NCBI RefSeq assembly: GCF_034039665.1
Contig: NZ_CP120131.1
Span: 1,008,446 to 1,040,445 of the forward strand
DNA: 32,000 nucleotides
DNA from: Mammaliicoccus sp. Dog046
GTDB taxonomy: Bacteria; Bacillota; Bacilli; Staphylococcales; Staphylococcaceae
Reading direction: 5' to 3'
The notes beneath the pieces are model-generated. The model was not told where the DNA came from and did no database searches. It worked only from the letters and a program-made list of their open reading frames with translations. Positions 1-10,065 of this stretch are shown here, one piece after another. Within the stretch, counting starts at the first letter, position 1, and each line of letters starts with the position of its first letter. The position numbers and the translations under genes were made by a program.

Positions 1-1
1 A

Positions 2-55
2 GCAATATATTTAGAAGCAATATATAATGTTTGTGTAAAGGATGATAAAAAATGA
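2..55 (+). CDS. pepV: C-terminal fragment of an upstream CDS, probably dipeptidase PepV (...[17 protein letters not shown]), truncated by the window edge
   Basis: Open frame from base 2 to TGA at 53-55, overlapping the Dat ATG (ATGA). The AIYxEAIY tail resembles staphylococcal PepV, which usually precedes dat. Very short fragment, so tentative. Confidence 0.5.
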   Translation, partial: AIYLEAIYNVCVKDDKK

Positions 56-900
56 CATATATTTTTATAAATGATGAATTTGTAGATGAATCTGAAGGTA
101 AAGTAAGTTTTTCTGATAGAGGATATAATTTTGGAGACGGAATTTATGAATACATACGTATATACAATGGAAAAGTATTTACGTCTAAAGAACACTATGA
201 AAGATTATTTAGAAGTGCAAAAGAAATTGGATTAAACTTAGATGGTTATTCAGTTGAAGGGCTAACTGATGTTACAAAAGAACTTGCAAAGAAAAATAAT
301 GTCGTTAATGGCGGTGTTTATATTCAAGTAACACGTGGTGTAGCGCCACGTAACCACCCATTCCCTGATGCTAGTACTAAACCAGTGTTTAGTGCATTTT
401 CTAAGAGCTATGACAGACCGTATGATCAATTAGAAAACGGTGTGAAGGCAATTACTGAAGAAGATATTAGATGGTTAAGATGTGATATTAAGAGTTTAAA
501 CTTACTTGGTAATGTACTTGCTAAAGAAAAAGCAACGCAAAATGATGCTGTTGAAGCAATCATGCATAGAGGGGAAACTGTAACTGAAGGTAGTTCAAGT
601 AATGTCTATGCGATTAAAGACGGTGAAATTTATACACACCCTGCTAATCATTTGATTTTGAATGGTATCACTAGACGTGTGATTAAAGAACTAGCAGAAG
701 ATTTAAATGTTCCGTTTATTGAAGAGGCATTTACAGTGGATTTCTTAAAAGACGCTGATGAAGTGATCGTTTCAAGTACATCTATTGAAGTAATGCCAGT
801 CGTTCAAATTAATGACCAACAAGTTTCTGATGGAAAAGTGGGTCCAATTACAAAACAATTACAAAAAGCATTCGACAATTATATAGAGTCAAAGTCATAA
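52..900 (+). CDS. dat: D-amino-acid aminotransferase (class IV PLP aminotransferase)
   Basis: 282 aa ORF with [37 protein letters not shown] and [17 protein letters not shown] motifs of staphylococcal/bacillar Dat. Confidence 0.95.
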   Translation: MTYIFINDEFVDESEGKVSFSDRGYNFGDGIYEYIRIYNGKVFTSKEHYERLFRSAKEIGLNLDGYSVEGLTDVTKELAKKNNVVNGGVYIQVTRGVAPRNHPFPDASTKPVFSAFSKSYDRPYDQLENGVKAITEEDIRWLRCDIKSLNLLGNVLAKEKATQNDAVEAIMHRGETVTEGSSSNVYAIKDGEIYTHPANHLILNGITRRVIKELAEDLNVPFIEEAFTVDFLKDADEVIVSSTSIEVMPVVQINDQQVSDGKVGPITKQLQKAFDNYIESKS

Positions 901-1103
901 AAAATAAATTAGTGTAATTTTTAAAGCTTATTAAACCATATAAATACTGTATTTATAAGACTTTTAGTATATGAATAGGTTCAAAATACTCGAAAGTTTT
1001 CATTTATGTGGTTGAAATCTTTACTAAAAGATAATAAAATTTATAACAAGCGCACTAAAATTACAAAAATTAAAAAGAAATTTTTAAGATTAAAATATGA
1101 CTC

Positions 1104-1949
1104 TTGAAAAAGTACATTCTTGAGTCTTTTTCTTTTTCTGAAAGTGAGGTGGATAGGTTGGAACATTTTTATCAATTAGGTTGGACGTTAGACTCAGCAG
1201 GCGGAGCATCAGGTGAAGCATATATGGCAGAACAAGATGGTCGTAAACTCTTCCTAAAACGTAATTCGAGTCCATTTTTAACAGCATTGTCAGCTGAAGG
1301 CATAGTACCAAAGTTAGTTTGGACGAAGAGAATTGAAACAGGAGAAGTAGTAACTGCACAACATTGGAAAAATGGTAGAGAGTTAGTCCAAGATGAAATG
1401 AATTCTGACCGTGTTGCCAAACTTCTTAAAAAAATACATTCTTCTAAACAATTATTAAATATGTTAAAACGTATGGAAATGAAACCTATGCACCCTGAGC
1501 TATTATTTAAGAAGATTAATAGTTCATTGTCTAGACACGTCTTAACAAACAGAACAGTAAGAAAGGCATTGTTATACTTAGAAGATAATATGCCTACACT
1601 TGATAGCCGATTTTATACCGTTATTCATGGAGATGTGAATCATAATAATTGGTTATTATCTGATCAAGATGAACTGTTCTTAGTGGATTGGGAAGGTGCA
1701 ATGATTGCTGACCCTGCAATTGATATAGGTATGATATTGTATACGTATGTTGAGGAACAAGATTGGGCAGATTGGTTAACTAAATATGGTATTAACGATA
1801 CGCACGATTTGAAAAAGCGTATGAAATGGTACACTTTAATCCAAGCTATAGCAATGGTTGAATGGTACGAAGAGAAAAAACGATTTAATGATATGAATGA
1901 TTGGTTATCCTTCCTTAATGAAGTGATGACTAGAAATGTATTTATATGA
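1104..1949 (+). CDS. Aminoglycoside phosphotransferase / choline kinase-like protein (YtmP family)
   Basis: 281 aa ORF with kinase-like motifs VIHGDVNHNNWLL and LVDWEGAMIADPAIDIG; directly upstream of trmB as in Firmicutes. TTG start. Confidence 0.85.
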   Translation: MKKYILESFSFSESEVDRLEHFYQLGWTLDSAGGASGEAYMAEQDGRKLFLKRNSSPFLTALSAEGIVPKLVWTKRIETGEVVTAQHWKNGRELVQDEMNSDRVAKLLKKIHSSKQLLNMLKRMEMKPMHPELLFKKINSSLSRHVLTNRTVRKALLYLEDNMPTLDSRFYTVIHGDVNHNNWLLSDQDELFLVDWEGAMIADPAIDIGMILYTYVEEQDWADWLTKYGINDTHDLKKRMKWYTLIQAIAMVEWYEEKKRFNDMNDWLSFLNEVMTRNVFI

Positions 1950-1962
1950 GGAGCTACTTTGA

Positions 1963-2625
1963 ATGAGAATGAGAAATAAACCTTGGGCTGATGATTTCTT
2001 GAATAGTCACCCAAATATTGTTGATGTCGATCTCAACCACCAATATAAAATGGCAGAATGGTTTGATAAAGATCAACCTATCCATATAGAAGTTGGAACA
2101 GGTATGGGACGCTTCATTACAGAAACAGCAAAACAAAATCCAAATATTAATTTTGTTGCAATTGAAAAAGACAAAAATGTAATGGTTAGAGTTCTAGAAA
2201 AAGTTAAAGAAATGGAATTAGACAATATTAAGTTAATTAATCAAGATGCCAAATTGTTAACTGAGTATTTTGTTGAAAATGAAGTTTCAAGAATTTATCT
2301 TAACTTCTCAGATCCGTGGCCAAAGACACGTCATGCAAAACGCAGATTAACGTTTTCATCTTTCTTAGAAATATACCAATTTATTTTAAAAAGTGACGGT
2401 CAAATACATTTTAAAACAGATAACCAACGTTTATTTGAATATAGTTTAGAAAGCATGTCTGGATATGGAATGACTTTCGATTATATCAACTTAAACTTAC
2501 ATGAAAACGAACCAGAAGATAATATTCGTACAGAGTATGAAGATAAATTCTCAAGTAGAGGATTTAGAATTTATCGTATGGAAGCAAGTTTTAAATCAAA
2601 AGAAGGGAGCGGTACAGAAATCTAA
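1963..2625 (+). CDS. trmB: tRNA (guanine-N7-)-methyltransferase
   Basis: 220 aa; [14 protein letters not shown]-binding motif and [19 protein letters not shown] signature. Confidence 0.95.
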   Translation: MRMRNKPWADDFLNSHPNIVDVDLNHQYKMAEWFDKDQPIHIEVGTGMGRFITETAKQNPNINFVAIEKDKNVMVRVLEKVKEMELDNIKLINQDAKLLTEYFVENEVSRIYLNFSDPWPKTRHAKRRLTFSSFLEIYQFILKSDGQIHFKTDNQRLFEYSLESMSGYGMTFDYINLNLHENEPEDNIRTEYEDKFSSRGFRIYRMEASFKSKEGSGTEI

Positions 2626-2655
2626 TTTATAAAAAAGATTTCGTAGTCCCGCCCC

Positions 2656-2721
2656 GGCAAGGATGACTAGAGTTGAAAAAAGCTTGGTACAAGCGTATTT
2701 TCAACTCAGTCATCTACTGCC
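2656..2721. repeat. Long imperfect palindrome with a nested stem
   Basis: GGCAAGGATGACTAGAGTTGAAAA pairs with TTTTCAACTCAGTCATCTACTGCC; the inner loop contains GCTTG-GTA-CAAGC. Confidence 0.7.
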
Positions 2722-2731
2722 AAGATATAAA

Positions 2732-2769
2732 AGATGGCTAAGACATTACAAATTATGTCCTAGCCATCT
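2732..2769. terminator. Intrinsic terminator downstream of trmB
   Basis: AGATGGCTAAGACAT...ATGTCCTAGCCATCT hairpin (one mismatch) followed by TTTTCATTTT. Confidence 0.75.
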
Positions 2770-2823
2770 TTTCATTTTGAAAAAAATTGAGAGGTTATTA
2801 TAATAATAATTGGAGGTGCATCT

Positions 2824-3696
2824 ATGAACAATCAACTTTATTTAGAAGCATTAACAAATAGATTAAACAATAAACACTTAGACCAAAATACGAAAAGTTT
2901 TTTAAAAGGTATGGAAGGCGAAGTGATCATTGAACCCATATTAAATCAGGTTAATAACTTAAACTATATTCACAATTTAAATCTGGATTTATTTAATCGA
3001 ATTCAGATTGATTTTTTAATTGTGGATGATCATTATGTATATCATTTAGAAGTTAAACATTATTCGGGTGATTATCAAATACAAGATGATCAATTTATCA
3101 ATCAATACGGAAATATGTTTAATACACCATTTGCACAAATTCACCGTGCGAACTTCGAAATAAGCCAATTTATGAAACACCACAAAATACTTCGAGAATT
3201 GAAATCCATCCTCATATTTACCCATCCAACATTTACATTAAAATCTCCAGTTCCAAAAAATATTCACATGATGTTTCCTACAGAATTATATAAACTCCAA
3301 TACATGTTTAAAAATTTTAAAACAAAAGAAAACCAGCAAATTTTATCAGTGTTTAGTGAAAATAGAGCCGACTTTTCAGGTATTTATAACAATATAGAGA
3401 AAGTACCAATGAAGTATGTCATCCCAGGATTGAAGTGTCCAAAGTGCAAGGCATTGAATAACTTGAGATTGATAAATAAAAAGAAAATGTTATTTTGTAT
3501 GGAATGTGATAGTAATTGGAGCCGTCAATATGTGTATTTGTATAATTTAAAAGAACTCTATATTTGTAAAAGAGAAGCTTTTACGTTAAAAGAAGCAGAA
3601 GTATGGTGTGGAGTGAGTAACACGTTAACAATTCGAAGAGTCGCAGAGAAGTATTTTAAATCAGTCGGCAAAAAACCGAAAAAATATTATTTATGA
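2824..3696 (+). CDS. NERD domain-containing protein with a C-terminal zinc-ribbon-like CxxC...CxxC segment
   Basis: 290 aa; N-terminal IDFLIVDDHYVYHLEVKHYSGDY fits the NERD / PD-(D/E)xK-like core; C-terminal CPKCKALNNLRLINKKKMLFCMEC. Confidence 0.8.
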   Translation: MNNQLYLEALTNRLNNKHLDQNTKSFLKGMEGEVIIEPILNQVNNLNYIHNLNLDLFNRIQIDFLIVDDHYVYHLEVKHYSGDYQIQDDQFINQYGNMFNTPFAQIHRANFEISQFMKHHKILRELKSILIFTHPTFTLKSPVPKNIHMMFPTELYKLQYMFKNFKTKENQQILSVFSENRADFSGIYNNIEKVPMKYVIPGLKCPKCKALNNLRLINKKKMLFCMECDSNWSRQYVYLYNLKELYICKREAFTLKEAEVWCGVSNTLTIRRVAEKYFKSVGKKPKKYYL

Positions 3697-3701
3697 AGTG
3701 C

Positions 3702-3929
3702 TATTTATCAAGACTCGTCAAACGTGATAAATAGGAACGTTGTATTTATCAAGACGGGGCAAACGTGATAAATAGAGGTGTTGTATTTATCAAGACAGAG
3801 CAAACGTGATAAATAGAGGTGATGTATTTATCAAGACAGAGCAAACGTGATAAATAGAGGTGATGTATTTATCAAGACTGAGTAAACGTGATAAATAGGA
3901 ATGTTGTATTTATCAAGACTCATGCAACG
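3702..3929. repeat. 41-bp tandem array, about 5.5 units, with internal inverted 9-mers
   Basis: TATTTATCAAGAC starts at 3702, 3743, 3784, 3825, 3866 and 3907 (period exactly 41). Each full unit has TATTTATCA...TGATAAATA (perfect reverse complements). Confidence 0.95.
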
Positions 3930-4058
3930 TACAACGATCAACCGAAAATCACCCCACGCAAAGCATATAACCTCAGATTCCTTATCCTACAATCATCAAA
4001 GATGTTCAATGTCTTAATTAATGATAAAATAATGATGAAATGATTGGAGGGAAATTTA

Positions 4059-4901
4059 TTGTTAAGTATTGGTGAATTCAACTTAAATCCATTGCAAGGT
4101 GGTATTACACAAATGGATGGTGGTGCAATGTTTGGAGTTGTTCCAAAAGCTTTATGGACTAAAAAATACCCGGTAAATGAATTGAATCAAATTCCGCTTG
4201 TGACACATCCAATTTTAATTCAAAGTAAAAATCACAATATTATAATTGATGCTGGAATGGGTAATGGAAAGTTAACAGATAAACAAAAGCGTAATTATGG
4301 TACTACTTATGAAAGTGACATAGTTAATGAATTAGCTAAATTTAATCTTACGCTTGATGACATTGATATTGTGATCATGTCTCATATGCATTTTGACCAT
4401 GCGTGTGGTTTAACTACACCGGATGGTAAATCAGTGTTTAAAAATGCTGAAATCTATACTTCACAAATTGAGTGGGATGAATTAACGTCTCCTAATATTA
4501 GAAGTAAAGCAACATACTGGGAAGAAAATTATAAAGGTATTGAACATCAAATCAATACATTCAAAGATCAGTTAGAAATTATACCAGGCATTACGATGTA
4601 TCATACGGGTGGTCATAGTGCAGGGCATTCTGTCATTGAATTTGAAAGCAATGGTGATAAAGCAGTACATATGGCTGATATATTACCAACATTTGCACAT
4701 TTAAACCCGCTTTGGGTGACTGCTTATGATGATTACCCGATGGATTCAATATATGCTAAAGAACGTTTATTAAAAAAATATATCGATGAAAATTATTGGT
4801 TTGTTTTCTATCACGATGTAAATTATTTTGCAGTTCAAATGGATTCAGAGAGCAAAGAAATTATAGGGAAAATAAAAAGGAGTGATCTCATTGAAGTATA
4901 A
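4059..4901 (+). CDS. MBL-fold metallo-hydrolase, YtnP-like (quorum-quenching lactonase family)
   Basis: HMHFDHACG (HxHxDH), [42 protein letters not shown]. The track starts at TTG 4044, which lies on the GGAGG Shine-Dalgarno; TTG 4059 is better placed. Confidence 0.85.
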   Translation: MLSIGEFNLNPLQGGITQMDGGAMFGVVPKALWTKKYPVNELNQIPLVTHPILIQSKNHNIIIDAGMGNGKLTDKQKRNYGTTYESDIVNELAKFNLTLDDIDIVIMSHMHFDHACGLTTPDGKSVFKNAEIYTSQIEWDELTSPNIRSKATYWEENYKGIEHQINTFKDQLEIIPGITMYHTGGHSAGHSVIEFESNGDKAVHMADILPTFAHLNPLWVTAYDDYPMDSIYAKERLLKKYIDENYWFVFYHDVNYFAVQMDSESKEIIGKIKRSDLIEV

Positions 4902-6078
4902 CTTTGATGAAGTAATAAATCGTCGCGGTACCGGTAGTATTGCTTATGATGGCCAATATAAAGTGTATGACTATGATAATTTAGAACCATTTTGGGTTGC
5001 TGATATGGATATTAAAACACCAGATTTCATCATAGAAAATTTAAAAAAGAAACTGGATCAGTCTCATTTTGGATATGTAGTATGGAAACAAGATGAATAT
5101 TTATCTGCGATTAAACAATGGTATAAGAGAAGATTCTCTGTGAATGTTCAGAAAAACGATATTTATTATGTGCCTAGTATACTTTTCACTGTTACTGAAA
5201 TGATACGAGAATTTTCTAAAGAAGGAGAAGGCGTATTAATTCATACTCCGGCATATAATGCATTTCTAAACCTGATTGAAGGTAATAAACGTGTTGCGGT
5301 AGAATCACCATTAATTGCTACAGAAGATGGGTATCATTTGGATAGAGAGCAATTTGAAAAAGTCGCTTCAAGATCAGATGTTAAAGTGTTTATTCTATGT
5401 AATCCTCATAATCCTACAGGTAAAGTTTGGACGAAAGAAGAATGTGAATTTATGAGAGACGTCTGTGAGAAAAATGACGTATTCATCGTATCGGATGAGA
5501 TTCATATGGATTTTGTAAGAAGTGAACAAGGATTCTTCTCAATGACAAACTTAATGAAATTAGATTCACCTATATTAGTCGTTACAGGCTTAGGTAAAAC
5601 GTTTAACTTAGCAAGTTTAGCGAGTAGTTTCATGATTACTAAACATAGATTTACGACACTTCAATTTAATAGAAAATTATCTGCATATTATGGTTTAGCT
5701 GCAGCAAATACACTGGCAGTTGAAGCTGTAAAGGTTGCGTATACACAATCTGAGGAATGGGTTGATCAATTAAATCAGCATATTGAAAAAAATATGACCA
5801 TACTTAAATCCTTTATCGATAATGAAATGTCTGATCAATTATCATTTATTAAGCCGGAGTCGACTTATCTTGCATGGATAGATTTTTCTAAAAGTGGTTA
5901 TTCTGAAAAAGAAGTTCAAAACGCGCTACAATCAGTAGGTAAGATTGCTACAGGACTTGGTCATTCATATGAATTAGGTGATAGTCATCACTTTAGATTA
6001 AATGTAGCTTGTAGTGAAGAAAAATTATTAAAAGGACTTCAATCAATTAAGCAATCATTTGATGCTTTGAATAAATAA
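4891..6078 (+). CDS. PLP-dependent aminotransferase, MalY/PatB family (putative C-S lyase)
   Basis: [27 protein letters not shown] and [11 protein letters not shown] motifs. The track starts at GTG 4882; AAGGAG at 4877-4882 favours TTG 4891. Confidence 0.85.
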   Translation: MKYNFDEVINRRGTGSIAYDGQYKVYDYDNLEPFWVADMDIKTPDFIIENLKKKLDQSHFGYVVWKQDEYLSAIKQWYKRRFSVNVQKNDIYYVPSILFTVTEMIREFSKEGEGVLIHTPAYNAFLNLIEGNKRVAVESPLIATEDGYHLDREQFEKVASRSDVKVFILCNPHNPTGKVWTKEECEFMRDVCEKNDVFIVSDEIHMDFVRSEQGFFSMTNLMKLDSPILVVTGLGKTFNLASLASSFMITKHRFTTLQFNRKLSAYYGLAAANTLAVEAVKVAYTQSEEWVDQLNQHIEKNMTILKSFIDNEMSDQLSFIKPESTYLAWIDFSKSGYSEKEVQNALQSVGKIATGLGHSYELGDSHHFRLNVACSEEKLLKGLQSIKQSFDALNK

Positions 6079-6085
6079 TAAAAAA

Positions 6086-6113
6086 GAGCTGAGACACATT
6101 ATTGTCTCAGCTC
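6086..6113. terminator. Terminator hairpin, possibly bidirectional between the convergent patB-like gene and the small minus-strand ORF
   Basis: GAGCTGAGACA-CATTAT-TGTCTCAGCTC, perfect 11-bp stem, A-run upstream and T-rich downstream. Confidence 0.8.
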
Positions 6114-6133
6114 AATATTTCACAGCGTGAAAA

Positions 6134-6454
6134 TTAAATTTCGTAAATATCAATGACTTGGCCGTTAAAAGCATCAGCAATAAATTCATAATTGACCGAT
6201 TTTCCCTCGCTATCAACAGTTAGGCCACCATGTACTACTTTCGTTTCAATGCCGAATTTTTGGTAGGTTTTTGGGATATGTAATATATAAGATGCTTCCA
6301 CATTTGTGAATTGTTTTTTAACTTGTTTCAGTATGTCTTCGCAATTATAATACTTGAATTGTTTGAAATAAATATATGTTGCAAGCATACCAACACCCGT
6401 AAATATAGAAAAACATAAAAGGACGAAGCGTAACTTATTATTTTGCATGACCAT
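6134..6454 (-). CDS. Small N-terminally membrane-anchored protein, PepSY-like
   Basis: 106 aa, one hydrophobic segment (LRFVLLCFSIFTGVGMLATYIYF), C-terminal YEFIADAFNGQVIDIYE typical of PepSY-like small proteins. Confidence 0.65.
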   Translation of the reverse strand: MVMQNNKLRFVLLCFSIFTGVGMLATYIYFKQFKYYNCEDILKQVKKQFTNVEASYILHIPKTYQKFGIETKVVHGGLTVDSEGKSVNYEFIADAFNGQVIDIYEI

Positions 6455-6512
6455 GCCTCCTTTTTCTTAAGTTAAGTTTAACACAAAGCGTGTACGATAG
6501 ATAAATATTTAA

Positions 6513-7604
6513 ATGAGGAGAATTACAATGACACAAATTAGACAAGAAACTATCAATATGATGAAAGAACTAACAGAATTACATGCTGTACCTGGTTTTG
6601 AAAATGAAGTTAGATCCTATTTAAAACAAAAAATGGAACCATATGTTGATGAAATCATTGGAGATAATATGGGTAGTATTTACGGCGTAAAAAAATCTAA
6701 AAATCCAAATGCGAAAAAGGTTTTAATTGCAGCTCATATGGATGAAATTGGATTCATGGTTACAGAAAAGACAAAAGAGGGTATGTTAAAATTCACACCT
6801 CTTGGCGGCGTTTCGTCAGATGTATGGTTGTCTCAAACTTTACAATTAAAAACGCGAGACCAAAAATATTATAACGGTGTGGTAGGTAGTATTCCAAAAC
6901 ATTTCAGAACTGGGAAGGAATCAGGTGTGTCTATTGAAGATATGTTGCTTGATGTTGGTGCTGAAAATTTAGAACAATTGAATGAGATGGGTATCAATAT
7001 TGGTGATACGATTGTCCCACGTACAGATTTAGAACGATTAACTGAAAATAGAATTTTAGCAAAAGCATGGGATAACAGATACGGATGTTTAGTCGGATTA
7101 GAATTATTAGAACAATTAAAAGACCAAGACCTTGATGTTGATTTATATGTAGGTGCGAATGTCCAAGAAGAAGTTGGTTTAAGAGGTGCTTCAGCAAGTG
7201 TTAATTTAATTCAACCAGATTTAGCATTAGTAGTAGATTGTTCACCAGCAAATGATATGAAAGGACATATCGGATTGTCAGGCGCGCTAGGTAAAGGTGT
7301 ACTTGTTAGAATATTAGATCGCACAATGATATTGTCAGAGCGAATGAGAGATTATTTATTAGAAACAATTGATAAAAATGAAATTAACTATCAATATTTC
7401 CAATCACCAGGTGGCACAGATGGTGGAGAAATTCATAAAGCGTTGACAGGAATTCCAACTGCAGTCATCGGAGTTTGTGCGAGATACATCCATACTAGTA
7501 AAGCTATTTATGATGTTAGAGACTATCTAAATGCGAGATCATTACTTGAAGCAATTGTACTTGACCTAAGTTCTGAAAAGATTGAATATTTGAAATTTAA
7601 ATAA
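6513..7604 (+). CDS. M42 family metallopeptidase (glutamyl/deblocking aminopeptidase-like)
   Basis: AAHMDEIGFMV, QEEVGLRGA, DCSPAND, GGTDGGEIH metal-ligand and catalytic motifs. Confidence 0.9.
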   Translation: MRRITMTQIRQETINMMKELTELHAVPGFENEVRSYLKQKMEPYVDEIIGDNMGSIYGVKKSKNPNAKKVLIAAHMDEIGFMVTEKTKEGMLKFTPLGGVSSDVWLSQTLQLKTRDQKYYNGVVGSIPKHFRTGKESGVSIEDMLLDVGAENLEQLNEMGINIGDTIVPRTDLERLTENRILAKAWDNRYGCLVGLELLEQLKDQDLDVDLYVGANVQEEVGLRGASASVNLIQPDLALVVDCSPANDMKGHIGLSGALGKGVLVRILDRTMILSERMRDYLLETIDKNEINYQYFQSPGGTDGGEIHKALTGIPTAVIGVCARYIHTSKAIYDVRDYLNARSLLEAIVLDLSSEKIEYLKFK

Positions 7605-7619
7605 CCCAGTTTATTGTAA

Positions 7620-7648
7620 TTGACACTTTTTGTTTTTCAGACTAAAAT
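7620..7648 (+). promoter_or_regulatory. Putative sigma-A promoter for the amino acid ABC transporter operon
   Basis: TTGACA (7620-7625), 17-bp spacer, TAAAAT (7643-7648), upstream of 7692. Confidence 0.6.
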
Positions 7649-7691
7649 ATGTTTAATCCGATTAGGAAACTAAGAATAGAGGGATGTATAA

Positions 7692-8471
7692 ATGAAAAAA
7701 GGTATATTTTTAATTATTGCGTTAGTATTTGCATTAGCAGCATGTGGTAACAGCAATGGATCTAAAGAAAGTAGCAAGAAAGATGACAAAACATTAGTTG
7801 TAGGTACAGAAGGTACTTATGCACCATTTAGCTTTCATGATAAAAAAGATAAGTTAACTGGTTATGATATTGAAGTCACTAAAGCAGTAGCGAAAGAAAT
7901 GGGTTATAAAGTTAAATTTAAAGAAACACAATGGGATTCAATGTTTGCAGGTTTAGATGCAGGTCGTTTTGATATGGTTGCAAACCAAGTAGGTATTAAC
8001 GACGAAAGAAAAGCGAAATATAAATTCACTAAGCCATATACGTATTCTAAAGGTGTTTTAGTTGTTAACGAAAACAATAAAGATATTAAATCGTTCGATG
8101 ACGTAAAAGGTAAAAAATTAGCTCAAACGTTAACTTCAAATTATGGTAAATTAGCTCAATCTAAAGGTGCAGATATTACAAAAGTTGATGGATTTAACCA
8201 AGCAATGGATTTATTACAATCTAATCGTGTTGAAGGTACATTCAATGATAATGTTTCATATTTAGATTATAAAAAGCAAAAACCAAATGCTAAAATTAAA
8301 GCAATTCAAGGCGATGCAGAACAAAGTCAATCTGCATTTGCATTCAGTAAAAAACAAGATGACAAAGTAATTAATGACTTTAACAAAGGTCTTAAAAAAT
8401 TAAAAGATAATGGCGAATTAGAAAAAATAAGTAAAAAATGGTTTGGCGATAATGTTTCAGAACCTAAATGA
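7692..8471 (+). CDS. Amino acid ABC transporter, substrate-binding lipoprotein
   Basis: Lipobox LAACGN; VGTEGTYAPFSFHDKKDKLTGYDIEV typical of polar amino-acid/cystine SBPs. Confidence 0.9.
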   Translation: MKKGIFLIIALVFALAACGNSNGSKESSKKDDKTLVVGTEGTYAPFSFHDKKDKLTGYDIEVTKAVAKEMGYKVKFKETQWDSMFAGLDAGRFDMVANQVGINDERKAKYKFTKPYTYSKGVLVVNENNKDIKSFDDVKGKKLAQTLTSNYGKLAQSKGADITKVDGFNQAMDLLQSNRVEGTFNDNVSYLDYKKQKPNAKIKAIQGDAEQSQSAFAFSKKQDDKVINDFNKGLKKLKDNGELEKISKKWFGDNVSEPK

Positions 8472-9171
8472 TGAACAATTACATGCATTAAACGCTGCCA
8501 AACAAGCATTTCTTCCAATGGTCGAAGGATTAGTTAAATATTCAATTCCAATTACAATCGCTACGTTTATAATTGGATTGATATTAGCTTTACTTACTGC
8601 TTTAATGCGCATATCTAGTAGTAAAGTTCTAAAAGGAATTGCCCGTTTTTATGTATCAATCATTAGAGGAACACCTATGATTGTTCAACTGTTCATTATC
8701 TTTTACGGTATTCCTGAAATTGGTAGATTGGCAACGGGAAATGCAGATAACCAATTAACATTAGCCCCGGTGATCGCTGCAATTATAGGTTTGTCACTAA
8801 ACGTAGGTGCATATGCTTCTGAAATATTAAGAGGCGGTATTATGTCGATTCCTAAAGGACAAACTGAAGCGGCATACTCTATTGGCATGAATTATAAACA
8901 AACTGTACAACGTATTATTTTGCCACAAGCAATTCGTGTATCGGTACCTGCTTTAGGTAATACATTCTTAAGCTTAATTAAAGATACATCATTACTAGGT
9001 TTTATACTCGTTGCAGAAATGTTTAGAAAAGCACAAGAAGTTGCATCGACAACTTATGAATTCTTAACGATATATTTACTCGTTGCTATATTATATTGGG
9101 TTGTTTGTTTTATTATCTCAGTCATCCAATCTTATTATGAATCCTATATTGAAAGAGGGTATCGCTCATGA
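8443..9171 (+). CDS. Amino acid ABC transporter permease (HisM/GlnP type)
   Basis: [55 protein letters not shown]. Exact start uncertain because it overlaps the upstream gene. Confidence 0.9.
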   Translation: MAIMFQNLNDEQLHALNAAKQAFLPMVEGLVKYSIPITIATFIIGLILALLTALMRISSSKVLKGIARFYVSIIRGTPMIVQLFIIFYGIPEIGRLATGNADNQLTLAPVIAAIIGLSLNVGAYASEILRGGIMSIPKGQTEAAYSIGMNYKQTVQRIILPQAIRVSVPALGNTFLSLIKDTSLLGFILVAEMFRKAQEVASTTYEFLTIYLLVAILYWVVCFIISVIQSYYESYIERGYRS

Positions 9172-9896
9172 TTGAACTTCAAAATATTAAAAAATCTTTT
9201 AAAGATAAAGAAGTAATCAAGGGAATTGACCTTGCCGTTGATAAAGGTGAAGTGATTACTTTAATAGGAAGATCTGGATCTGGGAAGACGACATTGTTAA
9301 GAATGATGAATGCCCTAGAAATTCCAACTGAAGGTACAGTTCATGTTAATGGTGAAACGTATCAAGCAGATAATAAAAAGTCACAAATTAAAGTGAGAAA
9401 ACAATCTGGAATGGTATTTCAGAACTATAATTTATTCCCACACAAGACTGCAATAGAAAATGTGATGGAAGGTTTAATCACAGTTAAAAAGATTAATAAA
9501 AAGCAGGCATATGAAGAGGCTTTACAACTACTTATTAAAGTAGGATTAGAAAGTGTTAAAGATCAAAGACCTCATGCTTTATCTGGTGGACAACAACAAC
9601 GTGTTGCAATTGCAAGAGCGTTAGCGATGAATCCGAAAGTGATGTTATTTGATGAACCGACATCTGCATTAGATCCTGAACTTGTAAATGACGTTTTAAA
9701 AGTTATCAAAGATTTAGCAGATGAAGGAATGACAATGGTGATTGTTACTCATGAAATGAGATTTGCTAGAGAAGTTTCTGATAGAACCGTCTTTATAAAT
9801 GAAGGTTTAATCGGAGAGCAAGGACCACCAGAACAATTATTTACACAACCAAAAACAGAGGCATTAAAGAAATTCCTTAATGTCATTGAAGTTTAA
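9168..9896 (+). CDS. Amino acid ABC transporter ATP-binding protein (GlnQ type)
   Basis: Walker [10 protein letters not shown], signature [15 protein letters not shown], Walker [15 protein letters not shown]. Confidence 0.95.
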   Translation: MIELQNIKKSFKDKEVIKGIDLAVDKGEVITLIGRSGSGKTTLLRMMNALEIPTEGTVHVNGETYQADNKKSQIKVRKQSGMVFQNYNLFPHKTAIENVMEGLITVKKINKKQAYEEALQLLIKVGLESVKDQRPHALSGGQQQRVAIARALAMNPKVMLFDEPTSALDPELVNDVLKVIKDLADEGMTMVIVTHEMRFAREVSDRTVFINEGLIGEQGPPEQLFTQPKTEALKKFLNVIEV

Positions 9897-9900
9897 ATAT

Positions 9901-9944
9901 AAACAAGCGTCTGGGACATAATGTAATGTCTCAGACGCTTGTTT
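9901..9944. terminator. Strong intrinsic terminator
   Basis: AAACAAGCGTCTGGGACAT-(6)-ATGTCTCAGACGCTTGTTT, 19-bp stem with one G.U pair. Confidence 0.9.
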
Positions 9945-10065
9945 TTATGTGGTTACAAAATTGTAAATTTAAACGTTCGAAAAATATTTAACATTTTGTA
10001 AAATTTTTATTCATGTTTCATTCTTTTGATTTTATAGTATAATCTTTTCTAAGGAGTGTGAATAA

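Noticed and set aside
1090-1359. 89-aa and 82-aa minus-strand ORFs overlapping the ytmP-like gene
   Set aside because: Low-complexity Leu-rich or antisense translations within a well-supported sense CDS.
1664-2014. 116-aa minus-strand ORF over the ytmP-like/trmB junction, and 1954-2136 60-aa ORF
   Set aside because: Both are antisense to two conserved genes and lack recognisable features.
3702-3929. CRISPR array
   Set aside because: The 41-bp unit is almost fully conserved. The only variable parts are 4-5 bp islands, too short to be spacers, and there are no cas genes.
6134-6454. Toxin or small defence effector interpretation of the 106-aa minus-strand protein
   Set aside because: Single ORF with a TM plus PepSY-like C-terminus and no antitoxin partner. 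A conserved small membrane protein is the simpler explanation.
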